In this document: positions 58,781 to 64,000 of the stretch, in pieces
Layout: every line of letters starts with the position of its first letter
Position numbering within the stretch: the first letter of the stretch is position 1
Assembly: GCF_902713615.1 (NCBI RefSeq)
Contig: NC_052149.1
Coordinates: 234,334,069-234,398,068, forward strand
DNA length: 64,000 nt
DNA from: Scyliorhinus canicula
Taxonomy: Eukaryota
Reading direction: 5' to 3'
The notes under the pieces: model-generated
What the model saw: the letters and a program-made list of their open reading frames with translations, nothing else
Told to the model about the DNA's origin: nothing
Database searches by the model: none
Position numbers and translations under genes: made by a program

Positions 58781-61177
58781 ATGGCAGAGCCACGAATAAG
58801 AAACGCCTTAAAATTCAGACTCTTTGATATTATTTTCCTTCTTTTTGTATCGGATCTGGTTTTCGGAAAGACTCACTATTCTATTCGCGAAGAAATGGAG
58901 TCTGGCGCGTTTGTTGGGAATGTCGCCGAAGATTTGGGATTGAACATTCGGAGGCTGTCAGCTCGAAAATTCCGACTGGTTCCTGCTGATAAAAGACAAT
59001 GTTTGGAGGTGAATTTAGAAACCGGGATTTTATTTGCTAACGAGAGGATAGATAGGGAACAGCTGTGTGGGCAGATGCCAGCTTGTGTCCTTTCTTTCAA
59101 GATTGTCGTGGAAGAACCGTTGGAGATGTACCGCGGTGAAGTGGAGATTATTGATATAAATGATAATTCGCCCAGTTTTCCGGAGAGTGTCATTCTCTTA
59201 AAGATGGCCGAATTTCTTGCACCTGGCTCTCGATTTCCGCTAGAGAGCGCTCTCGATCCAGACATGGGGACAAATGCAGTAAGTGTTTACAATATCAGTC
59301 CCAATGAGCACTTCGGTCTACAAGTGGAGACTGCAGAAGACGGTGGTAAACTTGTCGAGATGTTACTGGAGACACCGTTGGATCGCGAACTGCAGTCATC
59401 CTTTCAGCTGATGCTGACGGCCACTGACGGAGGGAATCCTCCCAGATCTGGGACCGCTCGGATTCTCATCACTGTGCTGGACAGCAATGACAATGCGCCT
59501 GCGTTTGATAGCAAGACCTACAGGGGTAGCCTGAGAGAAAACTCACCCAGAGGTACCTTGGTGGTTTCAGTCCATGCCACTGATCGAGACGAAGGTTCGA
59601 ACGGGGAGGTAACATATTCTTTCGGTAACCGTGTTTCACAGAAAATACAGGAACTGTTTAGTTTGGACCCTCATACAGGAGAGATTCGTGTTCAGGGTAT
59701 AATTGATTATGAAGAAGGTGACAATTACTCACTTGATGTTCAAGCTGTAGACAATGGTTCACCGGCAATTGCAGGACATTCTAAAGTGTTGATTAATGTA
59801 ATAGATGTGAATGATAACGCCCCTGTAATATTACTGACGTCCATGGCGAGCATGGTTCCTGAAGATGCTGTTCCCGGTACTGTGACAGCTTTGATTGATG
59901 TAATCGATCGAGATTCTGGGAAAAATGGACAGGTGCACTGCGAAATCCCTAAGAGCGTTCCCTTTAAACTTCAATCGTCTTCGAATGGTCATTACAAATT
60001 GATAACCAGTGACATGTTGGACCGTGAAACCACCCCTCTGTACAACATAGCTATTTTAGCCAGGGACTCGGGGTCTCCTCCGCTCTCAACAAATAAAACC
60101 ATTCAGATAACGGTCTCTGATATAAATGATAACGCCCCAAGGTTTGCTCGACCCATGGACACAATGTATTTGATTGAGAACAACGCTCCTGGTGCTTCTA
60201 TTTTCGCAGTGACTGCTTTCGATCCTGACCAGGGTCAGAATTCCTACGTCTCCTACTCTTTCATAGCCAACCCGATTCAAGATTTTCCATTGTCAAATTT
60301 CCTGAATATTAATTCGATGAACGGGACCATTTACGCGCTGCGCTCATTTGACTACGAGCGAGTGAAAAACTTCCAGATTCAAGTCCAAGCCCGAGACGCT
60401 GGCGTTCCCCCTCTGAGCAGCAGCGCAACATTGAATGTGATCACCCTGGATCAGAATGACAACGCTCCAGTAATTGTTTCACCTTCAGCACAGAGCGGAT
60501 CAGCAGGAGTGGAGGTTGTGCCTCAGTCAGCGGGCCAGGGGTACTTGGTCACCAAGTTAATCGCAACTGATGCTGATTCTGGTCAGAACGCACGGCTCCT
60601 CTATCAGGTGCTGAAAGCCACTGATCCCAGTTTGTTCGTCGTGGGGCTTAACTCTGGAGAAATCAGAATAGCCAGAGGGATTTTTGAGCAGGATTCTCCC
60701 ACCCAGAGCCTTGTGATCTTGGTGAAGGATAATGGACAACCGAGTCTCTCCAGCACGGCTACAATACACTTTTCAATCTCGGGCAATGTTACTGAAATAT
60801 TCTCCGAAAGTAGTAATTTAGTGAGAAATCCTGAATATGTCTCTGATATAAATCTTTATTTAATTGTCATTTTAGGTTCAACCTCCTTTATATTTCTTGT
60901 AACCATCATTTTGCTGATTGCCATCAAATGTAAACAGGAAAGACATACTCCTGAAGTCTACAAGTCCCCAAGTTGTTGCTATGGACTGGACGATTCTAAC
61001 AATGCCGTTAATCCGAGACCCACACTGAAAGAATCTTTAAATTATACTGGGTGTGGAGAGATTGTTCATTTCCCTGAAACGCATCATTATTCAGTTTGTC
61101 TGTCTCCCGAATCAGCTAAAAGCGATTTTCTGTTTTTGAAGCCCTACACCCCGCCCATGACTCAGGACCAATGTTAA
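58781..61177 (+). CDS. Clustered-type protocadherin, gene 6
   Basis: 798-aa ORF with the same architecture; ends LKPYTPPMTQDQC*. Confidence 0.95.
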   Translation: MAEPRIRNALKFRLFDIIFLLFVSDLVFGKTHYSIREEMESGAFVGNVAEDLGLNIRRLSARKFRLVPADKRQCLEVNLETGILFANERIDREQLCGQMPACVLSFKIVVEEPLEMYRGEVEIIDINDNSPSFPESVILLKMAEFLAPGSRFPLESALDPDMGTNAVSVYNISPNEHFGLQVETAEDGGKLVEMLLETPLDRELQSSFQLMLTATDGGNPPRSGTARILITVLDSNDNAPAFDSKTYRGSLRENSPRGTLVVSVHATDRDEGSNGEVTYSFGNRVSQKIQELFSLDPHTGEIRVQGIIDYEEGDNYSLDVQAVDNGSPAIAGHSKVLINVIDVNDNAPVILLTSMASMVPEDAVPGTVTALIDVIDRDSGKNGQVHCEIPKSVPFKLQSSSNGHYKLITSDMLDRETTPLYNIAILARDSGSPPLSTNKTIQITVSDINDNAPRFARPMDTMYLIENNAPGASIFAVTAFDPDQGQNSYVSYSFIANPIQDFPLSNFLNINSMNGTIYALRSFDYERVKNFQIQVQARDAGVPPLSSSATLNVITLDQNDNAPVIVSPSAQSGSAGVEVVPQSAGQGYLVTKLIATDADSGQNARLLYQVLKATDPSLFVVGLNSGEIRIARGIFEQDSPTQSLVILVKDNGQPSLSSTATIHFSISGNVTEIFSESSNLVRNPEYVSDINLYLIVILGSTSFIFLVTIILLIAIKCKQERHTPEVYKSPSCCYGLDDSNNAVNPRPTLKESLNYTGCGEIVHFPETHHYSVCLSPESAKSDFLFLKPYTPPMTQDQC

Positions 61178-61339
61178 AATGTAAAGTTCTGACAACATTG
61201 AGGCAGGGTGTAATTAATGGCCACCTCTGTTATCTCCGTCGCTGCCGGTTGAATAACTGAAACTATTTCCCTTCGAGGATCTCTATTATAGAATAAAGGA
61301 TTGTTCTTTTCCTGTTGTAATTCCAAACAGATTGAGAAA

Positions 61340-61345
61340 AATAAA
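61340..61345 (+). terminator. Putative poly(A) signal of gene 6
   Basis: AATAAA is retained although the flanking sequence has diverged. Confidence 0.55.
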
Positions 61346-61997
61346 CGTCTCCATGACACTCCAGCGACCATCGTTTAAAACTGGCATATGTTAACTGGGA
61401 AGGGAAGCCGGCCGGCGAATTGTTCCACAATCTACACAATTGAGTTTGATGTCAGGTCGACTCCAAAATTGACCTCAGGGAGTTGATACTTGAATGCATT
61501 TGGGATAATTTCCCTAAACGGTTTGCAATTTGAAATTCCAGCATAAGCGTTTGGCAGACCCTTATCCCCTTATAACATCGAAAAGTGTGAGCTTTAAAAT
61601 TTCATAGCTTGTGCGATGGATTCTTATGCTGACTTCCATATTGATGCTCTCCAGAAGTGTTTTTCACACTGACGCGAAAATGGGGTAAAACTACTTCTGA
61701 AATATAGCATAGCGGGGTGATAAAATATGACACATTGTCGAACCCTTCAGACCCGAATATGATAACCCCAATAAGAAGTAAGAGTCGAAAAAAGTCTACT
61801 TGACGTATATGATTCACACCTTTTCAATCAATACACTAATATTATCTGAAATCATAGGTTCCCGAGAATTACATAATTTATAAAGAATCCTGAACACACA
61901 TTGCTATCGGCCCAGTAGGTCCATGGGCATTTTGATGGACATTCGGTATCAAACCAAATCAACACTTTTAGGTGCTGCTGGAAAGTAGTTTGGTTTA

Positions 61998-64000
61998 CAA
62001 AGAACAAAGTACAGCACAGCACAGGAAAGGGCCATTCGCCCTCCAAGCATGTGACGCTCACGATACCATGCTTGGCCAAAACCCTTGGCACTTCCTCGTA
62101 CCATATTGCCTGTACCCATCCTATTCATGTATTTGTAGAGATGCCTTTTGCCATAAATGTATCTGCTTCCACAACCACCCCAGGCAGCGCGTTCCAGGCA
62201 CTCACCATCATTTGGGTAAAAAAACTGCCTCTAAACATTGCGCCACGAACCTTAAACCTATGCCCCCTAGTGACTGACCCCTTGATCCTGGGAAAGAGTG
62301 CCTGCCCATCCACTCGGTCCGTGTCCCTCGTAAAAATCTTCTTGACCTCTATCAGGTCGCCCCTCAACTTCCGTCATTCTAATGAAAATATCACGTGCCT
62401 ATTCAGTTTATCCGCCTCGCTAATACCCTCCAGATCAGGCAACATCATGGGAAACGTCCCTTTCGCCCTCTCCAATGCCTCCACATCCTTTTGGCAGTGT
62501 GGCGACCAGAATTGTGAGCAATAGTCTAAGTGCTACCTTATTGAGTTTCTGTACAAATGTAGCACGACTTGGCAGCTTTAATACTCGATGCACCGTCCAA
62601 TGAAGGCAAGCATTCCTAATGGTTTCTTGACTACCTAGTCCACTTGTTTTTGCCATTTTCTAAGATCTGTGGAACTGCACGCCCTGTTATCTCTGACTTT
62701 CTATATTCCTAAGAGTTTTGCAATGTATTGTATATTTCTCCTCCATGTGAGACCTACCAAAATGCATAACATCACATTTGTCCGCATTAAACTCCATTTG
62801 TCATTTCTCTCCCCGCTTCTCGAACGTATCTATGTCCTCCTGTATCCTCTGACAATCCTCAACACCATCTGCCACTCCAGTAACCTTGGCGTCACCAGCG
62901 AACTTACTAATGAGGCCCGTTATATTTTCCTCCAAATTGTTTATGTATGCTTCAAACAAAAGCGGCCCCAGTACCAATCCCTGTGAAACACCACGAACCA
63001 CAAACTTCCTTTCAGAAAAACACCCTTCTAATGTTGCCCTGTGCCTTCTGTGACTGAGCAAGTTCTGTATACACCTTGCCGCCTTTTGACTTCACCTTTT
63101 GTACCAGTACCCTATGGGACAACGTACCAAAGGCTTTACTGAAGTCCAAATAAACAACGTTCACCATCCTCCACTCATCAATCATTTTTGCCACTCCTCA
63201 AAAAACTTGATCAATTAGTGAGGAACGACCTCCCCTTTACGCAACCATGCTATCTTTCGCTGATGAGTCCATTCGTTTCCAAATGGGTAGAAATCCTCTC
63301 CCTTAGAATTCTCTCCATTAATTTACATACTACGGACGTGAGTCTCACCAGCCTATAGTTTCCTGGATTATCCCTGCTACCTTTGTAAAACAGCGGTACC
63401 TCATTATTTATTCTCCAGTCCTCTGCGATGTCACCTGCAGTCAATGATGATACAAATATGCCAGCCAAGACCCGAGAAACTTCCTCCCTTACTTCCATTA
63501 GTACTGTGGGCTAAATAAATTCTGGCCCGGGAGACCTATCTACCTTAATGTATTTTAAAACACCTAATACCTCCTCCTTTTCGATGTCGACATGACCCAG
63601 ACTATCCACACACCCTACCCACGAATAACCTTCCACAAAGTCCTCTACTTTGATGAACACTGATGCAAAGTACTCATTTAGTACATCGCACAATTTCTCT
63701 GGCTGAAAACATGGATTCCACCCCCCCACCCCTCCGCCACTGCCCTTCAGTGATCCAATCCTCTCCCTGGCCGCCCTCTAGCTTTTTACATATGAATTAA
63801 ATGCTTTTGGAATCACCTTATTCCTACTTGCCACGGACGTTTCATGACCTCTCCGAGCCCTCTTAATTTCCCGCTTGAGCACCTTCCTACTTTCTTTATA
63901 CTCCTCAAGGGTTTCGGCTGTCCCAACCGTTCTGGACCGCAGAAAAGCCTCCTTTTTCTTTTTGACGAGGTTCATTTTCCAAAGCTCCCTCAACTTCCCA
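61998..64000 (-). mobile_element. Degenerate CR1 LINE (insertion C, copy 3), running off the window
   Basis: Same 3' junction (ggttta|caaagaac) and RT fragments (LDFSKAF, GVSQGLVLGP). Confidence 0.87.

Noticed and set aside
187-60786. Recurrent antisense ORFs over the protocadherin exons (e.g. 15308-15649, 25480-25821, 34055-34444, 58876-59265)
   Set aside because: Shadow frames of near-identical sense CDS; they recur because the exons are homogenised and show no domain signature.
5-61177. Assigning symbols such as PCDH10, PCDHGC5 or PCDHB
   Set aside because: The tail motif resembles all of these, but orthology cannot be set without a phylogeny.
1-64000. Protocadherin constant exons, CRISPR arrays, rRNA or other host genes
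   Set aside because: None recognised; the spacers are accounted for by paralogous flank sequence and TEs. Small exons could be missed by eye.
1-64000. The array as an assembly artefact (falsely duplicated haplotypes)
   Set aside because: Each unit has distinct TE content, clearly diverged spacers and unique hypervariable codons.

Overview
Vertebrate genomic DNA, most likely a cartilaginous fish (shark). The taxon is inferred from the HE1/V-SINE-type SINEs, CR1 LINEs and Penelope-like elements. The window holds part of a tandem, same-strand array of clustered-type protocadherin genes: five intact ~2.4 kb ORFs (5-2365, 15213-17609, 25385-27778, 33960-36371, 58781-61177) and one pseudogene (43790-46827). 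Each ORF encodes a signal peptide, six cadherin repeats, a TM helix and a short tail. Each visible promoter carries a CGCT-box/CSE-like motif about 210-240 bp upstream of the ATG. Each ORF stops about 10 codons after the conserved ...SDFLFLKP motif and is followed by a conserved AATAAA. I see no conserved in-frame splice donor and no constant exon, so these look like self-contained single-exon (Pcdh-beta-like) genes. The coding exons show gene-conversion signatures (silent-site identity, four-gamete violations, a chimeric gene 1) interrupted by short hypervariable cassettes. The spacers share an ancestral ~3 kb non-TE scaffold inflated by nested CR1, L2-like and Penelope elements and SINEs. 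Shared insertions give a duplication tree, one CR1 has an uninterrupted ORF2, and the Penelope termini carry degenerate hammerhead ribozymes. All identities were read by eye; no database search was run.
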